Source: Candidatus Micrarchaeota archaeon (GTDB lineage: Archaea; Micrarchaeota; Micrarchaeia; Anstonellales; Bilamarchaeaceae). From it: DNA of 46,074 bases. The stretch covers positions 1 through 46,074 of the forward strand of contig WJMN01000027.1 in NCBI GenBank assembly GCA_014727925.1. The letters are read 5' to 3'. The translations under genes and the position numbers were made by a program. The notes under the pieces are model-generated. The model had not been told where the DNA came from. It saw nothing but the letters and a program-made list of their open reading frames with translations, and searched no databases. Below, piece by piece: positions 1 to 9,513 of this stretch. Each line of letters begins with the position of its first letter. Within the stretch, counting starts at the first letter, position 1.

Positions 1-281
1 GGCTCATGCGCCTTAATCAGGTCATGGTCCAAAGCGCCCCCGGTAGTAACAATAACATCCGCATAAGCCTCCTTCACCATATCAGCAAGCACTCCCCTCA
101 ATCCCGAAGCCACCACATTCGCAGTAAAGGCAAGGAAAATAGTCGCCCCCTCCCCCTTCATCTTCTTCACAAGTTCCACAGCATCCCCAAGGTGCGTCCC
201 CTGGAACCCACTCTTCCCATATGCTTCCACAAGCTCTTTCACTGAGGGTGATTCCCCAAGATGAATATCCTTAATGTCCAT
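1..281 (-). CDS. dys: Deoxyhypusine synthase (5' part; runs off the window)
   Basis: Manual translation from ATG at 281: MDIKDIHLGESPSVKELVEAYGKSGFQGTHLG...TIFLAFTANVVASGLRG...DVIVTTGGALDHDLIKA. The GFQ, FTAN..SGLR and VTTGG.L.HD motifs are typical of DHS. Not listed in the ORF track. Confidence 0.9.
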   Translation of the reverse strand, partial: MDIKDIHLGESPSVKELVEAYGKSGFQGTHLGDAVELVKKMKGEGATIFLAFTANVVASGLRGVLADMVKEAYADVIVTTGGALDHDLIKAHE

Positions 282-330
282 ACTGATTTTTTTGCTCCCA
301 ACTCTTTTTATATACCTAATTTACGCTCTT

Positions 331-350
331 TGCCGTATCCAATTACGGCA
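331..350. promoter_or_regulatory. Perfect 7-bp inverted repeat between divergent promoters (candidate operator)
   Basis: TGCCGTA-tccaat-TACGGCA lies between TATA-like boxes at about 305-315 and 360-370. Confidence 0.4.
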
Positions 351-414
351 CATAGAAACCTTTTTATATTCTCCCTCCCACAACAGAGTACCTACCCTCC
401 AGAGGTCATAATAT

Positions 415-1098
415 ATGGAGAAACTTAAGCTAAGGATTGCAGGCGAAATCTCCCTTTCCGAGGACCCGGGCTCCACAATGAAGAAGTGGAGGGAAATCTT
501 CGGCATCACCCAGGGAGAATTAGCAAAAGCAATAGGAATCTCAGTCTCCACAATCAGCGACTACGAGTCCAACCGCAGAAAATCTCCAGGCTCCAACATC
601 ATCAAGCGCTTTGTAAACGTCCTCTTCGAAATAGATGCAAAGAAGGGAGGCAGCATCACCCAGAAGCTTCTAGAAGGCGGCTCCAGCACTGAGGAGTATT
701 TTGAGCTCCACGAGTTTGCCCGCTCCCTCCCCCTCTCAGATTTTGTAGAGCTCATTGAAGGGGAAATAATCACCAACCAGGACCTTGTAGAGGACCGCAA
801 GCTCTACGGCTACACCCTAGTTGACTCAATAAAAGTAATCCTGGACATGCCATTTACCTACTTCACAAATATATATGGAAATATGAGCGAGCGTGCAATG
901 ATTTTCACTGGAGTCTCAACCGGCCGCAGCCCCATGGTAGTAATACGTGTTTCCCCCTCTAAGCCCTCTGCCGTAATTCTCCACGGCATAAAGAAGGTGG
1001 ACAAGCTCGCCCTAAAGCTCTCTGAAAAAGAGCAAGTCCCCGTCATAACAACAAATCTTGAGATAAGCAAGATAAAAGAAAGACTGAAAAAAATCTAA
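415..1098 (+). CDS. XRE-family HTH transcriptional regulator with C-terminal DRTGG-like domain (COG1709-like)
   Basis: HTH: ITQGELAKAIGISVSTISDYESNRRKSPG. C-terminal motif FTGVSTGRSPMV. Directly precedes the archaeal HMG-CoA synthase. Confidence 0.85.
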   Translation: MEKLKLRIAGEISLSEDPGSTMKKWREIFGITQGELAKAIGISVSTISDYESNRRKSPGSNIIKRFVNVLFEIDAKKGGSITQKLLEGGSSTEEYFELHEFARSLPLSDFVELIEGEIITNQDLVEDRKLYGYTLVDSIKVILDMPFTYFTNIYGNMSERAMIFTGVSTGRSPMVVIRVSPSKPSAVILHGIKKVDKLALKLSEKEQVPVITTNLEISKIKERLKKI

Positions 1099-1104
1099 GG
1101 TGCA

Positions 1105-2154
1105 ATGAAAATGGCAGGAATTGTAGGTTATGGAGCATACATCCCAAAATACCGGATAAAGAGCGAAACAATCGCAGAAGTATGGGGCGAAGACCCCGAC
1201 CGTATCCAGAAAGGCCTGGGCATATTGGAAAAGTCTGTTCCGGCATCTGATGAGGATTCAGCAACAATGTCTGTGGAAGCAGCAAGGATTGCAATGAAGC
1301 GCGCAGGCATACCCCGGGAAAGCATAGGCGCTGTTTATGTGGGAAGCGAATCCCACCCTTATGCTGTAAAGCCCACAGCCACCATGGTTGCCCAGGCTCT
1401 GGGCACAATTCCCAACCTAACTGCAGCAGATCTTGAGTTTGCCTGCAAGGCAGGCACCGCAGGTATACAAATTTGCATGGGACTCGCAGGATCCAACATG
1501 GTCAGATATGGCCTTGCAATCGGAGCAGATACTGCCCAGGGGCGCCCAGGAGATGCCCTAGAATATTCAGCCGCAGCAGCCGCAGCCGCATACATAATCG
1601 GCCCGGAAGAGGAGTCCCTTGCCCTAATAGAGGACACTTTCTCCTACACAACCGATACCCCAGATTTCTGGAGGCGCCCGAAGGCAGATTTCCCTTCCCA
1701 CGGAGGCAGGTTCACAGGAGAGCCAGCCTATTTTAAGCACGTCCAGGGCGCATTCAATGGGCTGATGGAAAAAATGGATGAAAAAATCGACAACTATGAT
1801 TACTTCATCTTCCACCAGCCAAATGCAAAGTTCCCCAGGGCAGTTGCAAAGAAGCTTGGCGTTCCAAAGGAAAAGCTTGCAGAAGGAATGCTCTGCCCAA
1901 TAATAGGAAACACCTACTCTGCGAACGCGCCCCTTGCACTCGCCAACGTCCTTGACCACGCAAAGGCAGGAGAGCGTATCTTCGTAACTTCCTTCGGTTC
2001 AGGCGCAGGCTCCGACGCCTTCTCAATAAAAGTAACAGACAAGATTGAAGAGAAGCGCAGGAATGGCTATCCTCTATCCCACTTTATAGAAAATAAGGAA
2101 TACATTACCTACGCGATTTACGCGAAGCTCAGGAAGAAGTACAAGGGAATGTGA
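1105..2154 (+). CDS. Archaeal hydroxymethylglutaryl-CoA synthase
   Basis: [26 protein letters not shown], catalytic [28 protein letters not shown]. Confidence 0.95.
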   Translation: MKMAGIVGYGAYIPKYRIKSETIAEVWGEDPDRIQKGLGILEKSVPASDEDSATMSVEAARIAMKRAGIPRESIGAVYVGSESHPYAVKPTATMVAQALGTIPNLTAADLEFACKAGTAGIQICMGLAGSNMVRYGLAIGADTAQGRPGDALEYSAAAAAAAYIIGPEEESLALIEDTFSYTTDTPDFWRRPKADFPSHGGRFTGEPAYFKHVQGAFNGLMEKMDEKIDNYDYFIFHQPNAKFPRAVAKKLGVPKEKLAEGMLCPIIGNTYSANAPLALANVLDHAKAGERIFVTSFGSGAGSDAFSIKVTDKIEEKRRNGYPLSHFIENKEYITYAIYAKLRKKYKGM

Positions 2155-2159
2155 TAACG

Positions 2160-3323
2160 ATGAGAAAAGTAGCAATCATTGGAGTAGGAATGACTAAGTT
2201 CGGGGAGAACTGGGACGAGAGTTTCCGCGGTATGGTCACTGAAGCAGGAGTAAAAGCAATCCAGGATGCAAACATAAAAGGGGATGAAATTTCCGCCGGA
2301 TATCTCGGAACAATGGCCTCCGGCTCACTTGTAGGGCAGGAGCACGCAGGCGCTCTTATCGCAGATTACATGGGTCTCAACCCAGTTCCCATCACCCGGG
2401 TTGAGGGGGCATGTGCCTCAGGCTCAATCGCCCTGCGCCAGGGAGTTCTTGCAGTTGCATCCGGCCTCCACGATATTGTGGTGGTAGGAGGAGTAGAGAA
2501 GATGACCGACCTGGATACCGCTGCGGTTTCCCAAATCCTTGGCGGCGCAGGCGACCAGGAGTGGGAGCTTTTTATGGGCGCCACTTTTCCGGGCCTCTAT
2601 GCAATGATGGCCCGCCGCCATATGTACGAATATGGCACCACCGAAGAGATGCTTGCTTCAGTTGCAGTGAAAAACCACAGCAACGGAGTAAACAACAAAC
2701 ATGCCCAGTTCCAGCGGGAGATAACCCTGGAGCAGGCCCTGAATTCAAAGATGGTCGCAGACCCGCTTAGGATAATGGACTGCTCTCCGATTACAGATGG
2801 GGCAGCTGCCCTGGTTCTTGCCCCCCTTGATTCAGCCACCAGCTACAATGAGAAACCTATAGAGGTGGTTGCAAGTGAGCAGACCAGCGGAACTCTTGCC
2901 CTGCACGACCGCGAATCCCTCACAAGTATAAAGGCAGCAAAGATAGCGGGCCAGCGTGCCTACAACTACGCAGGCATTTCCCCTTCAGACATCGATATCG
3001 CAGAAGTCCACGACTGTTTCACAATCGCAGAGATAATTGCAACTGAAGACCTCGGATTTTTTGCTCCCGGGGAAGGCGGAAGGGCAGCTCTTGAAGGGAA
3101 AACAAGAATAGGGGGGGAGGTCGCCGTCAACACAAGCGGAGGCCTCAAGTCCACCGGCCACCCGGTAGGCGCAACTGGTGTAAAGCAGGCCTGCGAGGTC
3201 GCCTGGCAGCTCCGTGGAGATGCAGCAGAGCGCCAGGTAAAGGATATCTCCTATGGATTGACCCACAATGTGGGGGGAAGCGGGGCAACCGCAGTTGTAA
3301 ATATTTTCCAGCGAGGATACTGA
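2160..3323 (+). CDS. Acetoacetyl-CoA thiolase (archaeal)
   Basis: VEGACASG, DCSPITDGAAA, EVHDCFT, NTSGGLKSTGHPVGATG, HNVGG. Confidence 0.95.
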   Translation: MRKVAIIGVGMTKFGENWDESFRGMVTEAGVKAIQDANIKGDEISAGYLGTMASGSLVGQEHAGALIADYMGLNPVPITRVEGACASGSIALRQGVLAVASGLHDIVVVGGVEKMTDLDTAAVSQILGGAGDQEWELFMGATFPGLYAMMARRHMYEYGTTEEMLASVAVKNHSNGVNNKHAQFQREITLEQALNSKMVADPLRIMDCSPITDGAAALVLAPLDSATSYNEKPIEVVASEQTSGTLALHDRESLTSIKAAKIAGQRAYNYAGISPSDIDIAEVHDCFTIAEIIATEDLGFFAPGEGGRAALEGKTRIGGEVAVNTSGGLKSTGHPVGATGVKQACEVAWQLRGDAAERQVKDISYGLTHNVGGSGATAVVNIFQRGY

Positions 3324-3333
3324 GGTGTTTTGA

Positions 3334-3735
3334 ATGAAGGAATCAATTTCACTTACCTGGCGGCGCATTCCTGAGCGCTACAAGATGTATGGCTCCAAGT
3401 GCCAGACCTGCAGCTCAACTTATTTCCCCCCCCGCTCTCTATGCCCAAAGTGCAGGCGCAAGGGAAAAATGGAGCCGTTTGAGTTTTCAGGAAACGGAAA
3501 GGTCTATTCTTTTACCGAAATCCATGCCCCCCCCTCAGGCTTTGAGGAGCAGGTTCCCTATGTAATCGCGGTTGTTGAGCTTGATGAGGGAAGCAGGTGT
3601 ACAGGCCAGATTGTGGATGCGGAAGGAAAAGATGTAAAAATCGGCGACCATGTAGAGGGGGTGTTCCGCAAAATCCTATCAGATGACCCCGAAGGACCAA
3701 TACATTATGGTTTCAAATTCAGGCTGAAGAAATGA
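3334..3735 (+). CDS. DUF35 Zn-ribbon/OB-fold scaffold protein of the thiolase/HMGCS complex
   Basis: CQTC..YFPPR..CPKC, GKVYSFT, PYVIAVVELDEG, IHYGFKF; operon context. Confidence 0.92.
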   Translation: MKESISLTWRRIPERYKMYGSKCQTCSSTYFPPRSLCPKCRRKGKMEPFEFSGNGKVYSFTEIHAPPSGFEEQVPYVIAVVELDEGSRCTGQIVDAEGKDVKIGDHVEGVFRKILSDDPEGPIHYGFKFRLKK

Positions 3736-4823
3736 TAAGACTATGCGGCAGCTGCAATTCCCGCTTCCAAAAGGATTTCCCCCAAGGCCCCTGCCACATT
3801 TGCGGCGGGGTGTTGCAGTCCCTTCCCACTCTTCTTGCCCATGCAGAAAAGGCAATGAAGCCTGAGTGGGAAACATTTTCCCTCTCAAGCCACATCCCCA
3901 GGCAGGTTCTTTCAAAAGAGGAAGAGGCATGGGATTATTCAGAAGGCGAGTCCCTGAAATCCTGGCTGAATGCCCAAATTTCCCACCACATTGAGTCTTC
4001 AACAGGCAAGAGATATTCCCCCCTTTCTTCAGATGGCCGTATAACTGTTGATTTTTCCACCCTGGAAGCAGATGGAAAAAACGAGCCGCTTTTTCTTTTC
4101 GGCTGCTACAATAAGCTTGTCCGCGGAATATCTCAGAGCAAATGGGTTTGCCTGAAATGCGGGGGTGCGGGCTGCTCCCATTGTGCAGGAAAAGGAAAGA
4201 TGTATGAGGAATCCGTAGAGGAAATAATCGGGGATGCAGCAGGTTCCCTTACTGGGGGAAAGTATACCTTCCATGCTTCTGGGAGGGAGGATATTGATGT
4301 GCTGAATTTTGCCGGCCGCCCCTTTGTTCTTGAAGTAAAAGGCCCACTGAAAATACGCCCGGACCTCGCCCTCCTCCAAGAGAAAATAAATTCCCAGGGA
4401 AAAGTCGAAGTTTCTTCCCTTAAGCTTGTTCCTCCCGGCTCCGTAACCCTTGTTTCTGATTCCCATTTCCCCAAGACATATCGTGCCTGGATTGATTCAG
4501 ACCAGCCCCTTACAGAAGAAGACGCCCAAAAAATTAGCAAATTCAGCTTTAGCCTGAACCAAAGAACCCCGGAAAGAGTTGCCCACAGGCGCGCGGACAA
4601 AATCCGACGCCGCCATGCACAGATTACCGCATCAAAGCTTGAGCAGAGCCAACTGGTAATTGATGTGCGTGCAGATGCAGGCACCTACATAAAGGAGTTA
4701 ATCCATGGGGACAACGGCCGCACCGAGCCCTCCATCTCCTCTTTCCTAAGCAAGCCCTGCACCTGCTCCCGCCTGGATGTAATTGGAATGGACGATGATT
4801 TCCTTTCCCTGGTTCTGGGTTAA
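3732..4823 (+). CDS. pus10: tRNA pseudouridine(54/55) synthase Pus10
   Basis: YNKLVRGISQ, HASGREDIDV (catalytic Asp), GRPFVLEV, QRTPERVAHRRAD, GTYIKELIHGDNGRTEPS. Confidence 0.93.
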   Translation: MIRLCGSCNSRFQKDFPQGPCHICGGVLQSLPTLLAHAEKAMKPEWETFSLSSHIPRQVLSKEEEAWDYSEGESLKSWLNAQISHHIESSTGKRYSPLSSDGRITVDFSTLEADGKNEPLFLFGCYNKLVRGISQSKWVCLKCGGAGCSHCAGKGKMYEESVEEIIGDAAGSLTGGKYTFHASGREDIDVLNFAGRPFVLEVKGPLKIRPDLALLQEKINSQGKVEVSSLKLVPPGSVTLVSDSHFPKTYRAWIDSDQPLTEEDAQKISKFSFSLNQRTPERVAHRRADKIRRRHAQITASKLEQSQLVIDVRADAGTYIKELIHGDNGRTEPSISSFLSKPCTCSRLDVIGMDDDFLSLVLG

Positions 4824-4853
4824 TCTTATAAATTGCCAAGAGAAAAACCAAAT

Positions 4854-5711
4854 ATGCTCGAAAAGCTTCTTTTTTCAACCCTGATAATGCCAGGGGAACT
4901 GCTAAGAATTGCAATAGCACTCCTGGGCACAGCAGCCGCAACCTATTTCGATATCTTCAACAGTCGCAATGTCCCCAACAATCTCCTTTATGCCTTCCTT
5001 GCTGCAGCAGTCCTCACCAATCTTGTGTTTTTCAATGCAGACATATTTCTTTATGCAGCATCCCTCACCGCAATCCTGTTCGGATTCGGCTTTCTCCTCT
5101 ACCGGGCCGGCCAGCTGGGCGGGGCCGATCTTTTTGTGGTATGCTCCATAACTCTGCTCCTCCCAATCCATCCCTCTTTCCTGAACACCCCATTCAATTA
5201 CCCCTTAATCTTTTCCACGCTGCTCTACAGCGGTGTTGCATTTGCCCTTTACTCTGTCCTGTATTTTGGCAGGCTTGTTGCCTCTTCCGGCAAACCCAAG
5301 GCAAATCCGGTATACCTCCTTCTGTTTATCCCCTACCTTTTCTTTGCCTACATATTCATCAATGCCCCCTTCTTTTCCCCAGTCTATTTTTTCATCGCTT
5401 CTGTGCTTCTGCTTTCCACGATTTTCTTCCTGGTATACAAGAAATCCATAAATGAAGCCATAATAGAAAAGGTAAAGGTTTCCTCGCTCTCTGGAGAGGA
5501 GGATGTCCTTGCAAAGGAGAAAATGAAAAAGCTGATGGAAGCCCAGGATATTGGCCCTGTCCTTGGAAAGAATGAGGTCTCCAAGCTCAGAAAAGCAGGA
5601 GTAAAGGAGGTCTGGATTTATTCCCGGCTTCCCCCGTTTCTCCCTTTTCTCCTGGTGGGCCTGCTCGGCGCTATATTCCTCGGGGACTGGATTTTCCTGG
5701 TTTTTTACTAG
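4854..5711 (+). CDS. A24-family prepilin/preflagellin peptidase (start uncertain)
   Basis: Multi-TM protein with the two catalytic Asp motifs YFDIFNSRNVPN and GQLGGAD; C-terminal PPFLPFL. Confidence 0.85.
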   Translation: MLEKLLFSTLIMPGELLRIAIALLGTAAATYFDIFNSRNVPNNLLYAFLAAAVLTNLVFFNADIFLYAASLTAILFGFGFLLYRAGQLGGADLFVVCSITLLLPIHPSFLNTPFNYPLIFSTLLYSGVAFALYSVLYFGRLVASSGKPKANPVYLLLFIPYLFFAYIFINAPFFSPVYFFIASVLLLSTIFFLVYKKSINEAIIEKVKVSSLSGEEDVLAKEKMKKLMEAQDIGPVLGKNEVSKLRKAGVKEVWIYSRLPPFLPFLLVGLLGAIFLGDWIFLVFY

Positions 5712-5756
5712 GGATGCAGCAACCATTTTTATATTTGCTGTTTCATATAAGTCCCC

Positions 5757-7367
5757 ATGTCTCCGGGAAAAAAATACATCATTGTTTTGGGAACAATAAT
5801 GTCTGGGCTGGGAAAAGGGATAGTAACTGCTTCTATTGGCCGCCTCCTGAAAACCCACGGCTACAAGGTAGTGCCGATAAAGTTTGATGGCTATCTGAAT
5901 GTTGATTGCGGAACCATGAACCCCTTCCGCCATGGCGAGGTTTTTGTCCTGGACGATGGAGGTGAAGTGGACATGGATTTTGGCACATATGAGCGCTTCC
6001 TCAACACTTCCCTCACAAAAGAATCATCAATTACCGGAGGCAAGATATTCAAGTTCGTCCTGGAGAAGGAGAGGAGGGGTGACTACCTGGGAAGGGATGT
6101 CCAGATGGTTCCCCATCTTACAAATGAGCTTAAGAACAGGGTGCGCTCAGTGGGCGAGCAGTCCAGGGCAGATATGGTCCTGGTGGAAGTTGGCGGCACA
6201 GTAGGGGACATTGAAAACGGCTATTTCATAGAGGCAATGAGGCAGCTTTCCGGAGAAGAAGATGTTCTTTTCATCCAGCTTACTTATGTCCCCAGTCTCA
6301 GCCCCGGGGAACAGAAGACAAAGCCCACCCAGCATTCCAATCGCCTTATCCAGTCTCTTGGAATAAAGCCGGAGATAATCCTCTGCAGGGAGCAGGAACC
6401 TCTTACAAAAGAGGCAAAGGATAAAATAGCCCTGTTCTGCGATGTTCCGCAGGAAAATGTTTTTGATGACCCGGCAGTAGATACAGTTTACCAGCTTCCC
6501 CAGGTGCTCAAGAAGCAGAAGCTTTATGATGCAATCGCAAAGCGCTTCAAGCTAAGAAAGACCAAGGTAAATGTGGGGGCATGGAACCGGATGGTCCGCA
6601 GGATAACAAAGCCCCCAAAGAAGCTCCTCAGGGTGGGCATAGTAGGCAAGTATACTGCAGTAAAAGATGCTTATGTAAGTGTGAACGAAGCAATCCTACA
6701 TGCAGCGGCAGCCAATAACGTACACGCGGATGTTTGTTTTGTGGAATCCACAGATGTTGAAAAGAAAGGCACCCAGGCTCTCTATGGGCTAGACGCAATA
6801 ATTGTCCCCGGCGGCTTCGGGAAAAGAGGAATAGAGGGAAAGATTTCAGCAATACGCTATGCCCGCAAAAACAACATCCCCTTCCTCGGGCTCTGTCTGG
6901 GGATGCAGATGATGGTAATTGAGTATGCAAGGTCAGTATGCGGGATGAAGGATGCAAATTCAGAGGAGATAAATAAGTCCACCCCTTACCCGGTAATCGC
7001 CCTTCTTCCTGAGCAGATGAGGATAGAGGAGAAAGGCGGGACGATGCGCCTGGGCTCTTACCCATGTATCCTAGAACAAGATACCCGCTCCCATTCTCTT
7101 TACAAGAAAAAACTAATCCACGAGAGGCACCGACACCGCTATGAGGTGAATCCCGAACTTGCCCCAAAACTTGAGGAATGCAGCCTGGTGATTTCCGGCC
7201 GCTCCCCTAAGAAAGGCATTGTGGAGATGGTTGAATGGAAAGATGGATTCGGTATAGGCACCCAGGCCCACCCTGAGCTAAAGAGCCGCCTTGAAGATCC
7301 AGCACCCCTTTTTGTGGGCCTGCTCAAAGCCGCGTCAGAAAAGAGAAGAAGAAGGAAAAAAGCCTAA
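5757..7367 (+). CDS. pyrG: CTP synthase
   Basis: SGLGKGI, YLNVDCGTMNPFRHGEV, KTKPTQ, GLCLGMQ, ERHRHRYE, QAHPE. Confidence 0.97.
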   Translation: MSPGKKYIIVLGTIMSGLGKGIVTASIGRLLKTHGYKVVPIKFDGYLNVDCGTMNPFRHGEVFVLDDGGEVDMDFGTYERFLNTSLTKESSITGGKIFKFVLEKERRGDYLGRDVQMVPHLTNELKNRVRSVGEQSRADMVLVEVGGTVGDIENGYFIEAMRQLSGEEDVLFIQLTYVPSLSPGEQKTKPTQHSNRLIQSLGIKPEIILCREQEPLTKEAKDKIALFCDVPQENVFDDPAVDTVYQLPQVLKKQKLYDAIAKRFKLRKTKVNVGAWNRMVRRITKPPKKLLRVGIVGKYTAVKDAYVSVNEAILHAAAANNVHADVCFVESTDVEKKGTQALYGLDAIIVPGGFGKRGIEGKISAIRYARKNNIPFLGLCLGMQMMVIEYARSVCGMKDANSEEINKSTPYPVIALLPEQMRIEEKGGTMRLGSYPCILEQDTRSHSLYKKKLIHERHRHRYEVNPELAPKLEECSLVISGRSPKKGIVEMVEWKDGFGIGTQAHPELKSRLEDPAPLFVGLLKAASEKRRRRKKA

Positions 7368-7711
7368 AGCTCTATTTCCTTGTGTGGAACCGAGGAAAGC
7401 GCATTTTTCAGGCGGTATCTGTTTATTATTCCGCTGGCCCTCTCCATTTTCCCTTTTCTTGATTCCTTTTTGTTCTTCACAAGATATTCCTCAATATACA
7501 GCCCAAAGTCCGAAAGGTTTTCCGAGCCGTCTTCTATTAGTGTGCCAAGAACTTCTGCAACAAGCACCTTCCCCTTCTCATCTGTTCCCCATATGCTGAG
7601 TGCAAGCGCCACCTGGTCCACAAAGTAGTCCTTGTCCTCCATTTTCATCTCCTTCCATATGCGGACCATGTCTTTTTTCCGCACCATGTTTATTTTTTCA
7701 AATGCTCCCAT
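7364..7711 (-). CDS. Hypothetical protein
   Basis: 115-aa ORF with the minus-strand coding bias; it abuts pyrG tail-to-tail and starts 3 nt after the upstream ORF. Confidence 0.6.
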   Translation of the reverse strand: MGAFEKINMVRKKDMVRIWKEMKMEDKDYFVDQVALALSIWGTDEKGKVLVAEVLGTLIEDGSENLSDFGLYIEEYLVKNKKESRKGKMERASGIINRYRLKNALSSVPHKEIEL

Positions 7712-7714
7712 CTC

Positions 7715-8011
7715 TTACGCCTCCCTTTCTCCCCATCCATCCAATGACCGGACGCTTTTCAGGGATTCTGCGAGGATGCTGGCAATTTCTGCAGCTTTCG
7801 GAAGCTTTTTCACCTCTTCCCCGCGGAGACCTTCCTCTGCCTTTCTGAACCCCCCAAGCCTCCTGAGCATTCTCTTCCCCCTCATTTTATTCTCAATTCG
7901 CGCTTCAATTTCAGAAATACGCGCAATTACCTCTGTGGGGTCCCCCATGATTTCCTTTCCCCTCTCCCCTTTCTTTACCCCCTTCTTTGTTTTGCTTGCA
8001 CTCCTTGCCAT
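7715..8011 (-). CDS. Hypothetical basic protein
   Basis: 98-aa ORF with a Lys-rich N-terminus and a GGTG SD-like motif upstream. Confidence 0.55.
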   Translation of the reverse strand: MARSASKTKKGVKKGERGKEIMGDPTEVIARISEIEARIENKMRGKRMLRRLGGFRKAEEGLRGEEVKKLPKAAEIASILAESLKSVRSLDGWGEREA

Positions 8012-8047
8012 ATTAACACCATCATATACCCATCTCTTTCCTAATTT

Positions 8048-8335
8048 TTATTCCTTTTCCCTGAGCCCGATTCTCAGGTCAACATCCGGCACAATCTCCA
8101 TCCAGGTGTCATTCATGTACTGCCAAAGCTTCCTGACACTTGAATCGTAAACTAGATTCCTTTTGTTCGCAGTTTCCTTGGGCCGGTCAATCTCAATCAA
8201 TGGAAACCTTGCCATCCATTTTATATTATCCCTGAATGGGTTCCGTTCCACAGTGTACATAATCCCCTTTTTCTTTTTTACCTCTTCACACCATTCCATT
8301 ACTTCATCTATTTCTTCTTTTGAAACCATGGCCAC
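8048..8335 (-). CDS. Hypothetical protein
   Basis: 95-aa globular-looking ORF starting 2 nt after the DRG GTPase stop; AGGTG SD-like motif. Confidence 0.7.
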   Translation of the reverse strand: MAMVSKEEIDEVMEWCEEVKKKKGIMYTVERNPFRDNIKWMARFPLIEIDRPKETANKRNLVYDSSVRKLWQYMNDTWMEIVPDVDLRIGLREKE

Positions 8336-8337
8336 AC

Positions 8338-9417
8338 CTACTTCTTGACAATATAAACAATATCCCCATCCCTAAGTTTATGCTCCGCCCCAACCCGCTG
8401 CCCGGGAAATTTTGCGCTTTTTCCCCACACCAGCCCGTACTTGAAATTTTTCCTGTAATCCTTGGGCAGTTTTTTCAGGAATTCTCCAATATTGTTCCCC
8501 TTTTTCAGCATCATCGGCTCTTCTCTGTCCACCCCCCTCGTCCTTGTCTTGGTGAATACCTGTATGAATTCAAGCTTGCTGTAGATTTCCTCCCTGAGCT
8601 CTTCAAGCCCTTCCCCCTCTTCAGCAGATATTGCCAGGGAATTTTTCGGAAATCCCCCAGGAACTCCCCCGGTAAGGTCTGTCTTGTTAACCGCTATAAC
8701 CTCCTCCACATACACCCGGTTCTTTTCAAGCACGTCAATGAGCTGCTCACCAGTAATGTCCTCTCTTATGGTCACTGTGGCATTATGCACCCCATACTCG
8801 TTGAGTATCGCAAGTATCTCCTGCCTGCTTATCCTGGTGAGCTTCCTTGCGCTTATTATGTGAATCCCCCCCTTCACATCCCGCTTTAGGGAAATATCCG
8901 GAGGCCTCTCCCCCATCCTTATTCCCACTTCTCCCAGCTCCCTTTTTATCACTTCATACTGGCCCCTCTTAGTTGCATCAAGCAGTACAAGAATCAGGTC
9001 TGCCTTCCTTGCAACGGAAAGCACCTCCCTTCCCCTGCCCTTTCCCTCCTGCGCCCCCTCAATTATTCCCGGAATATCCATAACCTGCATCTGAGCGCCC
9101 CTGTATTTCATTATTCCCGGAATACACTCCAGGGTAGTAAACTCGTATGCCCCCACTTTGCTTTTTGCGTCAGTTATCTGGGAAAGCAGGGTTGATTTCC
9201 CCGCGCTAGGGAAACCCACAATAACAACGGTTGCGTCCCCCTGCTTCTTTATGTCATATCCTCCCCCCCCTCCTTTTTTGGACGCTTTATCCATTACCTC
9301 TCTCTGCAGCTTTGCCCTTCTTGCCAGCAGTAGCCCTATGTGGTGCTCTGTTCCCTTGTGCCTTTTTGTTTTTGCGAGCTCTTCGGTTATTTCCTTTATT
9401 CTTTCTTCTGCACTCAT
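8338..9417 (-). CDS. DRG/OBG-family GTPase with TGS domain
   Basis: HKGTEHHIGLL, GFPSAGKSTLL, YEFTTL, DIPG, NKTD, WGKSAKFPGQRVG. Confidence 0.95.
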   Translation of the reverse strand: MSAEERIKEITEELAKTKRHKGTEHHIGLLLARRAKLQREVMDKASKKGGGGGYDIKKQGDATVVIVGFPSAGKSTLLSQITDAKSKVGAYEFTTLECIPGIMKYRGAQMQVMDIPGIIEGAQEGKGRGREVLSVARKADLILVLLDATKRGQYEVIKRELGEVGIRMGERPPDISLKRDVKGGIHIISARKLTRISRQEILAILNEYGVHNATVTIREDITGEQLIDVLEKNRVYVEEVIAVNKTDLTGGVPGGFPKNSLAISAEEGEGLEELREEIYSKLEFIQVFTKTRTRGVDREEPMMLKKGNNIGEFLKKLPKDYRKNFKYGLVWGKSAKFPGQRVGAEHKLRDGDIVYIVKK

Positions 9418-9513
9418 CTGAGATAGATTGAGTAGATAATCTTTTATAGTTCCTCTTATATTCTCCAATTTATGTGCAATGTAGTCCTTGAAGGTACCCG
9501 TGCGGTTCTTGAT

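Noticed and set aside
6-245. 79-aa plus-strand ORF
   Set aside because: It is the antisense shadow of deoxyhypusine synthase.
1567-1590. GCC/GCA trinucleotide repeat
   Set aside because: It encodes an Ala run in a normally Ala/Gly-rich HMGCS motif.
5205-5933. Long antisense or alternate-frame ORFs (this one, 17255-17923, 13920-14510, 36631-37200, 8320-8889 and similar)
   Set aside because: They overlap well-supported genes and carry no recognisable motifs.
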